Below are positions 29,233-39,513 of a stretch of 64,000 nt of DNA, piece after piece (within the stretch, counting starts at the first letter, position 1; every line of letters starts with the position of its first letter). Source of the DNA: an uncultured Alphaproteobacteria bacterium (GTDB lineage Bacteria; Pseudomonadota; Alphaproteobacteria; RF32; CAG-239); assembly GCA_944391715.1 (NCBI GenBank), contig CALXUP010000005.1, positions 4,277 to 68,276 on the forward strand, in the 5' to 3' direction. The notes below the pieces were generated by a model, which worked only from the letters and a program-made list of their open reading frames with translations, searched no databases and was not told the origin of the DNA. The position numbers were made by a program, and so were the translations under genes.

Positions 29233-29799
29233 CTAGCGATTGTACCAATCATGTACAGCCAGTGTCAGTTCTGAAATATAACCGTAACCGGCATTCTCCA
29301 TCAGATTGGCATAGCTTTTACTCAACATCTCCTGACGGAATTCGGCATCCGTAATTTTTTCCGGAAATTCAGCTTTAAGACTTTTATATTTTTCCAATAA
29401 AGCTTTAACGCTGCTTTCAACAGCCGCCAGTTCTCGGGCATTATAAACTTTACGGTCTATAACGACTGCCGTCAAAAGATCACCATTTTCAAAAATTCCC
29501 CAGTCGCAGTCTAAGGCGACAACATTTGTTCCTTTCTGATAAGAAACAATATAAGGATTATTGGGTTCATTAGTTTCCCATACGGTCATGGTTTCCAGAG
29601 GAACTATCCTGCAGATGAACTCTTCGGAATTTTGGAAAGAAAAATGAACGACAGTGTCTTGTCTGGTCTCTGCGAGATCATAAAACATCTGTCTAACCAA
29701 CAAATCTTCCTGATGCCGCTGATTAATGACCACCATAATGGCTACAAAGATTACAACTATGACAGCTAACACTCCGAAATAAAATTTTTTATTTTTCAT
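29233..29799 (-). CDS. Membrane-anchored small protein, paralogue family member 3
   Basis: N-terminal TM; core region aligns to the 28207 ORF (ICR/ICQ, TVWET/IVWTS, NVVALDCDWGIFENGDLLTAVV vs RVVGMDSDWALLQFPNDRLLLV). Confidence 0.5.
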   Translation of the reverse strand: MKNKKFYFGVLAVIVVIFVAIMVVINQRHQEDLLVRQMFYDLAETRQDTVVHFSFQNSEEFICRIVPLETMTVWETNEPNNPYIVSYQKGTNVVALDCDWGIFENGDLLTAVVIDRKVYNARELAAVESSVKALLEKYKSLKAEFPEKITDAEFRQEMLSKSYANLMENAGYGYISELTLAVHDWYNR

Positions 29800-29987
29800 A
29801 ATTTTAATATTTGTGTCCGGCCTTACGGCAAGACGGATTAATAATATCTTTTTAATAAAATAACATTATTACCTTACCATATTTTCAGACTCTTGTCTAG
29901 ACAAATTTTTCAAAAAAGAATTATCGGGAAACTTTATATGAAAAAACGGAGCCCGAAAGCTCCGTTCTTATTAATCGCAAAAAAGGC

Positions 29988-31037
29988 TTAAATTTCACCG
30001 TCCGCATAACGTTTTGCCATAACAGACAACGGAATTGCCTTGATTTTGTCGGCATGACCGGCGGCACCAAAAGCAATATAGCGGGCTTCGCAGACTTTTT
30101 GCATTTCTTCGATTGCCGGTTTCAGGTATTTGCGCGGATCAAATTCTTTCGGATTTTCAATAAAGAATTTGCGAATTGCGCCGGTAATGGCCATGCGGCA
30201 GTCTGTATCAACGTTAACCTTGCGGACACCGGACTTGATGCCGCGGACGATTTCTTCAACAGGAACGCCGAAGGTTTGCGGGATAGCACCACCATAAGCA
30301 TTAATAAGATCCTGCAGTTCTTGCGGAACGGAAGAAGAACCGTGCATAACCATATGCGTATTTGGCAAAACTTTATGGATTTTTTCAATCACGTCAATTG
30401 CCAGAATATCGCCGGTCGGTTTGCGGGTGAATTTATATGCACCATGAGACGTTCCGACAGCAACGGCCAAGGCATCGACATGAGTTTCTTCAACAAACTT
30501 CTTGGCTTCATCGGGGTCAGTTACCAGGCGTTTTTTATCAATTACGCCCTCTGCACCATGACCGTCTTCTTTATCCCCTTTGCCGGTTTCGAGAGAACCG
30601 ATAACACCAAGTTCGCCTTCAACGGAAGCTCCGACGGCATGCGCGCGGGCAACAACTTCTTTGGTAACGCGGACATTGTATTCAAAGGAAGAAGGAGTTT
30701 TGCCATCTGCTTCCAAAGAACCATCCATCATTACGGAAGAATAGCCGTTAACAATAGCAGACTGGCAGACATTGACCGAAGAACCGTGATCCTGATGGAT
30801 ACAAATCGGAAGTTCCGGGAACATTTCAATCCCGGCGGCGACCATATGACGAATCATCGGATCGCCGGCGAATTTGCGCGCACCGGTAGAGGTTTGCAAA
30901 ATAACCGGAGCGTTTACTTTTTTAGCAGCTTGCAAAACGGCAATAATTTGTTCCATATCGTTAATATTAAAAGCCGGAACACCGTAATTGTTTTCAGCGG
31001 CATGGTCAAGAATCTGACGCATTGATACTAAAGGCAT
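29988..31037 (-). CDS. fba: Fructose-bisphosphate aldolase, class II
   Basis: 349 aa; class II Zn-ligand His residues and the conserved QDHGSS region (CbbA-like). Confidence 0.85.
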   Translation of the reverse strand: MPLVSMRQILDHAAENNYGVPAFNINDMEQIIAVLQAAKKVNAPVILQTSTGARKFAGDPMIRHMVAAGIEMFPELPICIHQDHGSSVNVCQSAIVNGYSSVMMDGSLEADGKTPSSFEYNVRVTKEVVARAHAVGASVEGELGVIGSLETGKGDKEDGHGAEGVIDKKRLVTDPDEAKKFVEETHVDALAVAVGTSHGAYKFTRKPTGDILAIDVIEKIHKVLPNTHMVMHGSSSVPQELQDLINAYGGAIPQTFGVPVEEIVRGIKSGVRKVNVDTDCRMAITGAIRKFFIENPKEFDPRKYLKPAIEEMQKVCEARYIAFGAAGHADKIKAIPLSVMAKRYADGEI

Positions 31038-31188
31038 ATATTATCTCCTTATTGTTGGTTTATTATTGTTACTGCAAATATAGCCAATCAATGTAATAAT
31101 GCAAGTTTTTTATTGTGGTCAGTCACATAAATCAGACAATAAAAAAACGTTTCGGAGTCTAGAAATCCGAAACGTTTTAATTTGTGCT

Positions 31189-31581
31189 TCATGCAGGCTG
31201 CTTTGCCATTTCTCTCTTTTTATTCAGGCGGTATAGACTGTCCTCGACCAATTCAATGTCCTCATCATGTTTTACCACATGCCAGACAGTGATTCCGTAA
31301 GCTGAACTAAAAGCATGGTAAGGTGGATATTCCGCCGTTACCTCGACATTGCGTGCATCTGCAACCTTTACCTTACGTACGGTTTTGCCTTTAAAAGCCT
31401 TTATATACAAAACCTTTCCATTCTCAAAAGCGTAAAAGCAAACGTAACCGTTGTCTTTTTGAACTTCACCGGACGCAAACTCTAATCTGCCGATATGAAC
31501 ATCGTTCAAATCTACGCTAAAACCGCACTCCTTCTTTGCAGCATCAATAAACTGGGATGCTTTTACAATTGCACATTCCAT
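31189..31581 (-). CDS. Hypothetical cytoplasmic protein, 130 aa
   Basis: ORF with its own hairpin terminator at about 31140-31180; no recognisable motifs. Confidence 0.4.
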   Translation of the reverse strand: MECAIVKASQFIDAAKKECGFSVDLNDVHIGRLEFASGEVQKDNGYVCFYAFENGKVLYIKAFKGKTVRKVKVADARNVEVTAEYPPYHAFSSAYGITVWHVVKHDEDIELVEDSLYRLNKKREMAKQPA

Positions 31582-31775
31582 AATAATTTATATTTAAAAA
31601 AATTTCTTAATAAGTTAATATGGTGAGGAAGATAATCGCTCTTTTGCTCTTTGTCAAATAAATTTATAAACTTTTGACAATTTTTTACGATTTTACCGTC
31701 TAAACAGGCGCATATTTAACATCTACATTCAAAAAAAACTCCCGGAAAATCGGGAGTTTTTTTGAATACCGGATT

Positions 31776-33722
31776 TTATTTCAAACTGTTTTTTACCGCT
31801 TCAACAACTTCTTCCTCGGTGATGCCGAAGAATTTATACAGCTCATCCGCCGGGCCAGAAGCTCCGAAACCGTCCATTCCGATAATGTCTCCGTTCAAAC
31901 CGACATATTTTTCCCAGCCGAATTTGGAACCGGCCTCCACGGCAATCCGCGGACAATCTCCGAGAACTTCTTCCTGATATTTGACATCCTGACGGTCAAA
32001 CAACTCGCAGCAGGGCATGGAAACTACCGCTGCGGCAATTCCTTCGTCCGCAAGTTTTTTCTGAGCCGCAACCGCCAGGGAAACTTCCGAACCGGTAGCG
32101 ATAATCGTTGCCTGGCGTTTTTGCCCTTTGGCAACATCCGAAATCACATAACCGCCGCGCGCCGTCAGATTTTCGGCTGCAGAAGTACGCAACAGAGGCA
32201 AACCTTGCCGGGTCAATGCCAAAATGCTCGGAGCATCTTCGTTTTCCAAAGCCAGCTGCCAGGCTTCTGCCGTCTCTACAACATCACAAGGCCGGAAAGT
32301 AAAGAGGTTCGGCATTGCACGATAAGAAGCCAGGTGCTCTACCGGCTGATGAGTCGGCCCGTCTTCGCCGACACCGATGGAATCGTGCGTTAAAACATAA
32401 ATTGCCCGAATTCCCATTAAGGCAGCCAAACGCATGGCCGGACGCATATAATCGGAAAAGACAAAGAACGTGCCGCCATAGGGAATAACACCGCCGTGCA
32501 GAGACATACCGTTCATCAGCGCCGCCATGGCGTGTTCACGAATTCCGTAAGCCATATTGTTGCCGCTGAAATCGCCTTTGACAATATCTTTCATCCCGGC
32601 AACCTTTGTCAGGTTAGAGGCAGCCAAATCGGCCGAACCGCCGAGAATCTCCGGAATATGAGGCACAATCTTTTCCAGACACATTTGCGAGGCTTTGCGT
32701 GTGGCAACTTTTGTTTTTTCGGCGATGGCCTGTTTTTTCAGCTCATTCAACTCCTTATCCCAATCTTTGGGCAGAATGTTATTGATAAAATCATTAAAGC
32801 TTTTGCCGGCTTCTTTTGCCCGGGCAGCCCAGTTTTTATAAGTTTCGGCATGGCGGCGGCCGGCGGTGCGCCAAGCTTGTAAAATTCCGGACGGGATTTC
32901 AAAAGCCGGATAATCCCAGCCCAGATTTTGGCGCATTTTGGCCAGTTCATCCGCACCGAGCGGCGAACCGTGGCATTTGCTCGTTCCCTGTTTGGTCGGG
33001 GCGCCGAAACCGATTTTGGTTTTGCAGGCAATCAGCGTCGGTTTATTTGATTTTTGTGCTTTTTCAATGGCCTTTGCAATCTGATGATGATTGTGGCCGT
33101 CAATTTCAATCGTATTCCAGTTATGAGCCTTAAAACGGGCAATCTGATCTGTTGAACTGGCGGAATCTACGCTGCCGTCTATGGTGATGTTGTTATTATC
33201 CCAAAAGACAATCAGCTTGTTCAGCCCCAGATGTCCGGCCAAGGAGACGGCTTCTTCCGAAATGCCTTCCATCAGGCAGCCGTCGCCGTTGATGACATAG
33301 GTATAATGGTTGCACAAATCATCTCCGAATCGGGCGGCAACAAACCTTTCGGCAATAGCCATACCGACTGCGGAAGAAATTCCCTGCCCCAAAGGCCCGG
33401 TTGTCATATCAATCCCGTCCAGGTGCCCGTATTCCGGATGCCCGGCTGTTTTGGCGCCCAATTGGCGAAAATTCTTAATATCTTCAAGAGAAATATCTTT
33501 ATACCCCAGCAGATACAGCAGAGAGTACAAAAGCATGGAACCGTGCCCTGCAGACAAAACAAAACGATCCCGGTCAAACCAATGCGGTGCTGCGGGATTG
33601 AGCTTGATGTAGCGGCTGAACAAAACCGTTGCAACGTCCGCCATTCCCAAAGGCATTCCCGGATGTCCGGATTTTGACTTTTCTATGGCGTCGGCGCTCA
33701 AAAAGCGAATGGCATTGGCCAT
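31776..33722 (-). CDS. tkt: Transketolase
   Basis: TPP-binding GHPGMPLGMAD, GDGCLMEG and C-terminal domains; start likely MANAIRFLSADA. Confidence 0.9.
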   Translation of the reverse strand: MANAIRFLSADAIEKSKSGHPGMPLGMADVATVLFSRYIKLNPAAPHWFDRDRFVLSAGHGSMLLYSLLYLLGYKDISLEDIKNFRQLGAKTAGHPEYGHLDGIDMTTGPLGQGISSAVGMAIAERFVAARFGDDLCNHYTYVINGDGCLMEGISEEAVSLAGHLGLNKLIVFWDNNNITIDGSVDSASSTDQIARFKAHNWNTIEIDGHNHHQIAKAIEKAQKSNKPTLIACKTKIGFGAPTKQGTSKCHGSPLGADELAKMRQNLGWDYPAFEIPSGILQAWRTAGRRHAETYKNWAARAKEAGKSFNDFINNILPKDWDKELNELKKQAIAEKTKVATRKASQMCLEKIVPHIPEILGGSADLAASNLTKVAGMKDIVKGDFSGNNMAYGIREHAMAALMNGMSLHGGVIPYGGTFFVFSDYMRPAMRLAALMGIRAIYVLTHDSIGVGEDGPTHQPVEHLASYRAMPNLFTFRPCDVVETAEAWQLALENEDAPSILALTRQGLPLLRTSAAENLTARGGYVISDVAKGQKRQATIIATGSEVSLAVAAQKKLADEGIAAAVVSMPCCELFDRQDVKYQEEVLGDCPRIAVEAGSKFGWEKYVGLNGDIIGMDGFGASGPADELYKFFGITEEEVVEAVKNSLK

Positions 33723-33776
33723 TTGCTCCGTTTGTTTGTCATTTTTAAAAAAGCACATATCTTTCTCCTTTGTTTT

Positions 33777-34307
33777 TTAATTCAGGTCAAAAGCGGACTC
33801 GTTATATTGTTTTTCCTGATTGGTCATCCGCAAGCCGAGATTGATTTGAAAAATACTATCCTCCAAGGTCGGAACCCGGATATCGGTTGTCTGGCCGCGA
33901 AACTTGAAAACCGGGGTTGAGGCCGGTACGTCAACTTGTTCGACAAATGTTTTTTCGCCTAAAAAAGCCGTCGGGCCTTCGCTGGTGCGATAAAACCAGT
34001 CCAGCATCACAAAAGCCTCGTTTCGGCCTCCGTCCAGGCGAATCAACTTAAACAATGGCGTAATGCTGGCTTTCGGCGATTTGACTTTGTAGTCAAACCA
34101 ACAGTATCCTTCATAACCGTACAGTTCTATCTTGAAATGGTCTTTATACCCCTCTATCTGGCTCAGATAAGCTTCCGAACGGTTTATAACAACGTTCGGA
34201 CAAGGCATTTTTTTTGCACCGCCGGCAGTATCTTCGTCAGTTTCATATTCCAGCATCATACAGGAAGTGCACAGGAAAAAAGCCAGCAAAAAAATCTTTT
34301 TTAACAT
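33777..34307 (-). CDS. Lipoprotein, unknown function
   Basis: Signal peptide with lipobox FLCTSC. Confidence 0.45.
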   Translation of the reverse strand: MLKKIFLLAFFLCTSCMMLEYETDEDTAGGAKKMPCPNVVINRSEAYLSQIEGYKDHFKIELYGYEGYCWFDYKVKSPKASITPLFKLIRLDGGRNEAFVMLDWFYRTSEGPTAFLGEKTFVEQVDVPASTPVFKFRGQTTDIRVPTLEDSIFQINLGLRMTNQEKQYNESAFDLN

Positions 34308-34470
34308 TGATGATCCTTTCTTGTGAGAAAGTATAAAAAATTATATTTTTAAAGTAAATAAACATTCTTTATTTATTATTCTCGGAAAAATTTTCTCTTT
34401 CTGATTTTTATTTGAAGAAATTTGTTTGATTTGTCTGATAAAAATTTCTGCCTATAAACGAGACGATAGA

Positions 34471-35607
34471 TTACAATTCAAAACAAGCAACCAATTCACT
34501 GTGTTCTGAAAAAGCAAACTGGTCAACCAACGTAACTTCCCGCAGATGATATCCGGCGGCAATTAACGTATTGGCATCATTAACAAAGCTGTGCGGATTG
34601 CAGGAAACGGCAATCAGTTTTTCCGGCTTATTTGCAAAAGCGGCAATCTGCGCCGTTTGAGCCGCGGCACCGGCACGCGGCGGGTCAAAAATAACGGCGC
34701 GGCAGCCGGCAAGTTCTTTTTCATCCAAAGGATATTTGAACAGATTTTTGCTGACGACTTCAACATTGCTTATCTGATTTTTGTTTAAAGACCGGCGAAA
34801 ACCATCCAACAAAGCCGCCGAAGAATCTGCCGCCAAAATCTTATTGTTTTTATTTTCCGCCAAAGGATAAGAAAAGGTTCCCACGCCGCAAAACAAATCG
34901 GCAATTTTTCCTTCCGTTCCGTTTAAGTATTTCATTACCAGAGAGACCAGCGCCTGTTCTCCGGCCTTGGACGGCTGCAAAAACGTGCCGGCCGGAATAT
35001 AAACATCATATTTGCCCATTTTTACCAAAGGTCTGGTCTTTTCAATCAGCGGTTCGGCGGCATAATCTGTTTTTTCACGGTGAGAAATGCGAATAATATC
35101 CGGATATTGCTGCGCTTTTTCGGAAACAATCATCCGGTGATCAAGAGACGGTGTGCCGGCAAATTCCAGTACGATGTCAATACCGTTGTCGGCTTCGCAA
35201 AGCCAGACATCGCCGCCGGAAATATACTGAGGATTGTTTTTGCGCACTTTTTTGGCATTTGACGATGCCAGCGGGGAGGCGCATAGTTCTTCCAGCAAAG
35301 AACGGATATTGGCAAGATTGGCGTTCAGACGCGGCGTCAGCAAACAACAGGCCGCAACATCCACGAGCTCACTGCTGCGGCTTTGGTTAAAGCCCAGCAC
35401 CAGTTTTCCCTTGCGGCAGGAAAAAGCCATGGAAGCCCGGCGGCGGACATTATCTCCGATAAAGACCGGTTTTCCGCAGGCAATATCTTTTTGCCGCAGA
35501 CCAGCCATAATTTTTTTGAAATTCTGCTCCTTCCGGCTGCGGTACTCGTCTTCCGGCATATTGCGGTAACGGCAGCCGCCGCAAATTTCCTGATACGGAC
35601 AAGACAT
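34471..35607 (-). CDS. Class I SAM-dependent RNA (uracil-5)-methyltransferase, RlmD/TrmA family, with an N-terminal Fe-S Cys cluster
   Basis: N-terminal Cys motif CPYQEICGGCRY; SAM-binding DLFCGVGTF; C-terminal catalytic Cys. Confidence 0.7.
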   Translation of the reverse strand: MSCPYQEICGGCRYRNMPEDEYRSRKEQNFKKIMAGLRQKDIACGKPVFIGDNVRRRASMAFSCRKGKLVLGFNQSRSSELVDVAACCLLTPRLNANLANIRSLLEELCASPLASSNAKKVRKNNPQYISGGDVWLCEADNGIDIVLEFAGTPSLDHRMIVSEKAQQYPDIIRISHREKTDYAAEPLIEKTRPLVKMGKYDVYIPAGTFLQPSKAGEQALVSLVMKYLNGTEGKIADLFCGVGTFSYPLAENKNNKILAADSSAALLDGFRRSLNKNQISNVEVVSKNLFKYPLDEKELAGCRAVIFDPPRAGAAAQTAQIAAFANKPEKLIAVSCNPHSFVNDANTLIAAGYHLREVTLVDQFAFSEHSELVACFEL

Positions 35608-35613
35608 TGCTTT

Positions 35614-37374
35614 TTATAAATCCTCGTCATCCACGCCGAGAATATTCATTTTTCCCGGCTTTTTCTTTTTTTCTTCAATTTCAACATTGTCTTCTTGAAT
35701 ACGGGACGAATCTATGCCGTCCAGCAACGAGATTTCACGGGCGTCTTCTTTGTCAAAAATCGGATGGTGATTTTGGTTTTCTTTCCGGACGGCCTCGTCT
35801 TCGGCTCCCATATTTTCAAAATCCTCCGGACGGAAGACGCAATAGCGGTTGCGACCGGTTTGTTTTGCCCGATACAAAGCCTCGTCTGAAGTTTTTATCA
35901 GCATACCGACATTATCGGAAATCTCGGATGAAGATATACCGATACTGACCGTAAAGCGGACTTCCTCGCCTTCATCGCTGTAAACAACGGCGGACGCAAT
36001 GCTTTCACGCAGCCGTTCGGCCACGACTTCGGCCTGTTTCGGGGTGGTATGCGGCAAAAAGACGACAAATTCTTCACCGCCGTAACGTGCGACAATATCA
36101 TCTTCCCGCAGATTTTTCTCGCAGGTATAGGCCAGCTCTATCAGGACCTTATCACCTATTTTATGTCCGTATGTATCGTTTACCCGTTTGAAATGGTCGG
36201 CATCGAGCATTAATACACAGTATTTTTCATTATTGGCTTTGGCGTCCACAATACGGTTAAAGACCTCTTCTTCAAAATAACGGCGGTTATACAGCGAAGT
36301 CAGCGGATCGCGAATCGCCTGATTTTTAAGCAGCATTTCGCGGTTTTTGCGTGATGTGATATCCTGAAAGGCAGAATACAGCACAACATCGTAATTATAA
36401 TCGATGATGTTGACCGACGCCAGCAGCCAGAAAGGCGTATCGCCGCTCGGTGTTTTGACCAGGATTTCAAAGTCCTGCACTTCTTTTTCCTTTTCCAGCC
36501 TCTCGTTCAAAAGCCGACGGTTGTCAACATCCACAAAAAAGTCTTTCAAACGGTAACGGTCGACTTCCTGCGGCAAAATACCGAACAATTTGACGGCGTT
36601 GGTGTTGGCCATTATGATTTTGTCATCGTTTAACTTGGACAAGATAATCGGGAACGGGGACGACTTGATAATGTCGGCCAGACGCTGGTTGCTTTTTCTG
36701 ACTTCTTCTTCCTGATTTTCATATTTAGTGCTCAGGGCATTGATTTTAATAATCAAAATGGCAATGGCCAGCAAGACATAAAACAGAGCGGAAGAATACC
36801 AAAGTTCCGCACCGTCTACCGCCCAGCCGATATGAGACAGTTTCAGAATCATCAACAAGCTGATGGCTGCCGTGACGACAGAGGCCAGAACATAGCCGCT
36901 TTTATAGCGTTGGGTTACCTGAGACAAAAAGCCGACACTCAGATAGGCAAAACCGGCTATCGGAAAGACATAGCGCAGGCTGGATACCATATTGCCGTCA
37001 GGAAAGATAAAGACATAGGAGACAACAGAAATCAGTCCCAGTCCGGCAACGCCCAGGATTACCGGCAAATCGGGAATATTCTTCAGCAGAATCTGCGAGG
37101 CGGCAACCGCCAAAAGCACCATTGAGCCCAAAAGCAACAAAAGCTCGAAGAAAACATATATCTCTACTTCGCTGCCGGCTTTATACGCGTTAAACGACTG
37201 GTATTCAATCGCAACCACGACCAGATCCAACAGCAGACCGAAAAACAAAAACCATATGCCGCGGCGTACCGGCGTGCCTTTTTCGGTATAAAAACAAGAT
37301 AAAAACAACAAAAAGAATGCCGTTAACGTTACAATAATATGTGTTGTGTTTGCAAATATGCCGATATTTCCCAT
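35614..37374 (-). CDS. Membrane-bound diguanylate cyclase (multi-TM N-terminus, PAS, GGDEF)
   Basis: About 7 TM helices, a PAS-like segment, GGDEF active site RYGGEEF. Confidence 0.75.
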   Translation of the reverse strand: MGNIGIFANTTHIIVTLTAFFLLFLSCFYTEKGTPVRRGIWFLFFGLLLDLVVVAIEYQSFNAYKAGSEVEIYVFFELLLLLGSMVLLAVAASQILLKNIPDLPVILGVAGLGLISVVSYVFIFPDGNMVSSLRYVFPIAGFAYLSVGFLSQVTQRYKSGYVLASVVTAAISLLMILKLSHIGWAVDGAELWYSSALFYVLLAIAILIIKINALSTKYENQEEEVRKSNQRLADIIKSSPFPIILSKLNDDKIIMANTNAVKLFGILPQEVDRYRLKDFFVDVDNRRLLNERLEKEKEVQDFEILVKTPSGDTPFWLLASVNIIDYNYDVVLYSAFQDITSRKNREMLLKNQAIRDPLTSLYNRRYFEEEVFNRIVDAKANNEKYCVLMLDADHFKRVNDTYGHKIGDKVLIELAYTCEKNLREDDIVARYGGEEFVVFLPHTTPKQAEVVAERLRESIASAVVYSDEGEEVRFTVSIGISSSEISDNVGMLIKTSDEALYRAKQTGRNRYCVFRPEDFENMGAEDEAVRKENQNHHPIFDKEDAREISLLDGIDSSRIQEDNVEIEEKKKKPGKMNILGVDDEDL

Positions 37375-37553
37375 TACTTCTCCCCGTCGGATTTTATCGA
37401 AATGCGTTTCTTGCATTAAAGCGGTTTTAGTTTATATTGAGATTATTATAATTTAAAGCTTTAATTAAAATTAAAAAATATGGTGAATATTAAAATAAAT
37501 ATAGTATTATTGTGATATTCGGAATTTGCTTTTGTTAAAAAGAGAGAAAAAAG

Positions 37554-38720
37554 ATGAACAAACATATGCCCAGGCATTACAGCAACCATTTTGAGCTCCG
37601 GCTTGACAAGATACCCGCCCGCAAAACCGACCGGATGTCGGCATGGATTTTTTATCTCGGTCTGCTGGCCGGCGCGGCCCTAATTTTGCTCGGCGCATAT
37701 GAGCTTTTTTCCGGCATTACGGCTACCCGCAGCGATTTTACCGGCAACTTTCCGACGACCGATTTTCAGCCGCTGATGAATCCGACCTTTTTTGACATGA
37801 TCATTATGCTCATCGGCGCCGGAATTATTATCGCCTTGTTTTGCAACTATTTTCAATATCGCAAAATTTATTTTGACGGCAAAAACGTAGAAATCATCAC
37901 CCGGCTGCTTAACGGCAAAAAGCTCCGGATGAAAGAAAAAATTGCCAAATATGAAGGTGTGCGTTTCAGAATCGAATTTGCCCAGCTCGGTTTTATCAGC
38001 CGTAATAAATATATCATTGAACTTTCCCATAAGAATCCGGAAAAATGCGTGCCGCTTTACATTTCTTACCGCGGTAAAAACGTGCGCCGCAAATGGGAAA
38101 ATTATGCCCGGACGTTCGGCCTGCCGGCTTTGGTTCTGACGGCTGACGGGCTGGTCTCCCGAAAGACCGAGAATTTGAACAAATCTATCAAAGAATTGAA
38201 AAAAGCCGGAGAACTGCAAATTGACTATGATATTCAAAAAGCTCCCCTGCCCAAGAGCCTGGCCGTCGTCTGGCGCTCGGACAAAACGGTTTTGAAAATC
38301 CGCAAAACCATTTGGGATGCTTATAATATTCTGGCGATTGCCGTTATTGCCGGCGCATCCGTCTTAATCAAATGCATTGAACATCTGGCGCCGAATCTGA
38401 ACCGCGGCGGCTTTTGGATCTTTTACGGCGTAATGGCGCTTTTTATTGCTCTGGCCGTGATTATATTATTCAGAAAAGACAAGATTGTGATTAAAAAATA
38501 TAAAATCGTCAATGTTCACAAGTTCTTCGGTTTTTCTAAAAAACACGGAGAAATGAGCAAAGCTGACATTGAAGCCATCGACATTACGCCGAATCCGGCG
38601 ACCGGGAGATGTTTTGTCTCCATCATCTCGGACAAAAAGACCATTATCTTCGGCAAAAAACTTCCGCTCGAGGATTTACGCTGGATTAAGAACTTTCTGC
38701 TATATGAACTTACAAAGTGA
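37554..38720 (+). CDS. Hypothetical multi-pass membrane protein, 388 aa
   Basis: Two N-terminal and two later TM helices; no family motifs recognised. Confidence 0.45.
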   Translation: MNKHMPRHYSNHFELRLDKIPARKTDRMSAWIFYLGLLAGAALILLGAYELFSGITATRSDFTGNFPTTDFQPLMNPTFFDMIIMLIGAGIIIALFCNYFQYRKIYFDGKNVEIITRLLNGKKLRMKEKIAKYEGVRFRIEFAQLGFISRNKYIIELSHKNPEKCVPLYISYRGKNVRRKWENYARTFGLPALVLTADGLVSRKTENLNKSIKELKKAGELQIDYDIQKAPLPKSLAVVWRSDKTVLKIRKTIWDAYNILAIAVIAGASVLIKCIEHLAPNLNRGGFWIFYGVMALFIALAVIILFRKDKIVIKKYKIVNVHKFFGFSKKHGEMSKADIEAIDITPNPATGRCFVSIISDKKTIIFGKKLPLEDLRWIKNFLLYELTK

Positions 38721-38804
38721 AATTTGAGAAAAAAGTCTTTGCTAAAATGAGTTGTTTCAGATATAAACAAAGTTAACGAAACTTTTTAACCGGAGATGGA
38801 TTAA

Positions 38805-39485
38805 ATGAAAAAGGAAAAAGCCCCCAAAACCTTGCAAGACGCTTTTATTGAAGAGGTTAACGAGGATTTGAAAAATGACCAGTTGAAACAAATCTGGGAC
38901 AAGTACGGCCTGCACATCATTATCGTTATCGTGGCCGTTCTGGTTGCCGCGGTCAGCTTTGAAAGCATCAAAGCCTGGAGAATCCGGCATCATCAGGAAA
39001 ACTCCAATGTTTATGCCTATGCGGCCAGCCTTTCGGAACAGGGGAAAATTGAGGAAAGCAACAATGTGCTGAAGACGATTGCCGAAAACAACAACGGCAT
39101 TTATGCCGACGCCGCCCGGATGCAGCTGGCAAAAAATTATGCCGAAAGCGGAAAAACGGAGGAGGCTCAAAAAGTTTTGCAGGAGATAGCAGACGACGGC
39201 AGTTCCAATCCGCAGGTTAAAAACGTGGCAATCATCAAACTGGCAGCCATGCAGGTTGAAACCGCCTCTTATGACGATTTGGCAAAGATGCTGGAACCGG
39301 TTCTGCAAAACAAAAACTGGAGCGGCATGGGAAAAAGCCTGCTCGCCCTTTCGGCTCTTCATAAAAAAGACTATGCCAAGGCTCGCCAACTTTACGATGA
39401 AATTTCCGCAGATGCCGGTGCTCCGGACAGTCTGAAAGCCGAGGCGCAGGATATGATTGCAATTCTGGACGAGACCGTTAAGTAG
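38805..39485 (+). CDS. YfgM-like TPR membrane protein (ancillary SecYEG/BAM-associated)
   Basis: N-terminal TM anchor followed by TPR-like helices; conserved position upstream of bamB-der. Confidence 0.55.
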   Translation: MKKEKAPKTLQDAFIEEVNEDLKNDQLKQIWDKYGLHIIIVIVAVLVAAVSFESIKAWRIRHHQENSNVYAYAASLSEQGKIEESNNVLKTIAENNNGIYADAARMQLAKNYAESGKTEEAQKVLQEIADDGSSNPQVKNVAIIKLAAMQVETASYDDLAKMLEPVLQNKNWSGMGKSLLALSALHKKDYAKARQLYDEISADAGAPDSLKAEAQDMIAILDETVK

Positions 39486-39513
39486 TTTTTTAGAACAATA
39501 AGGATGATTTCTG

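Noticed and set aside
30054-31025. 323-aa plus-strand ORF inside fba
   Set aside because: Antisense to class II aldolase with conserved motifs.
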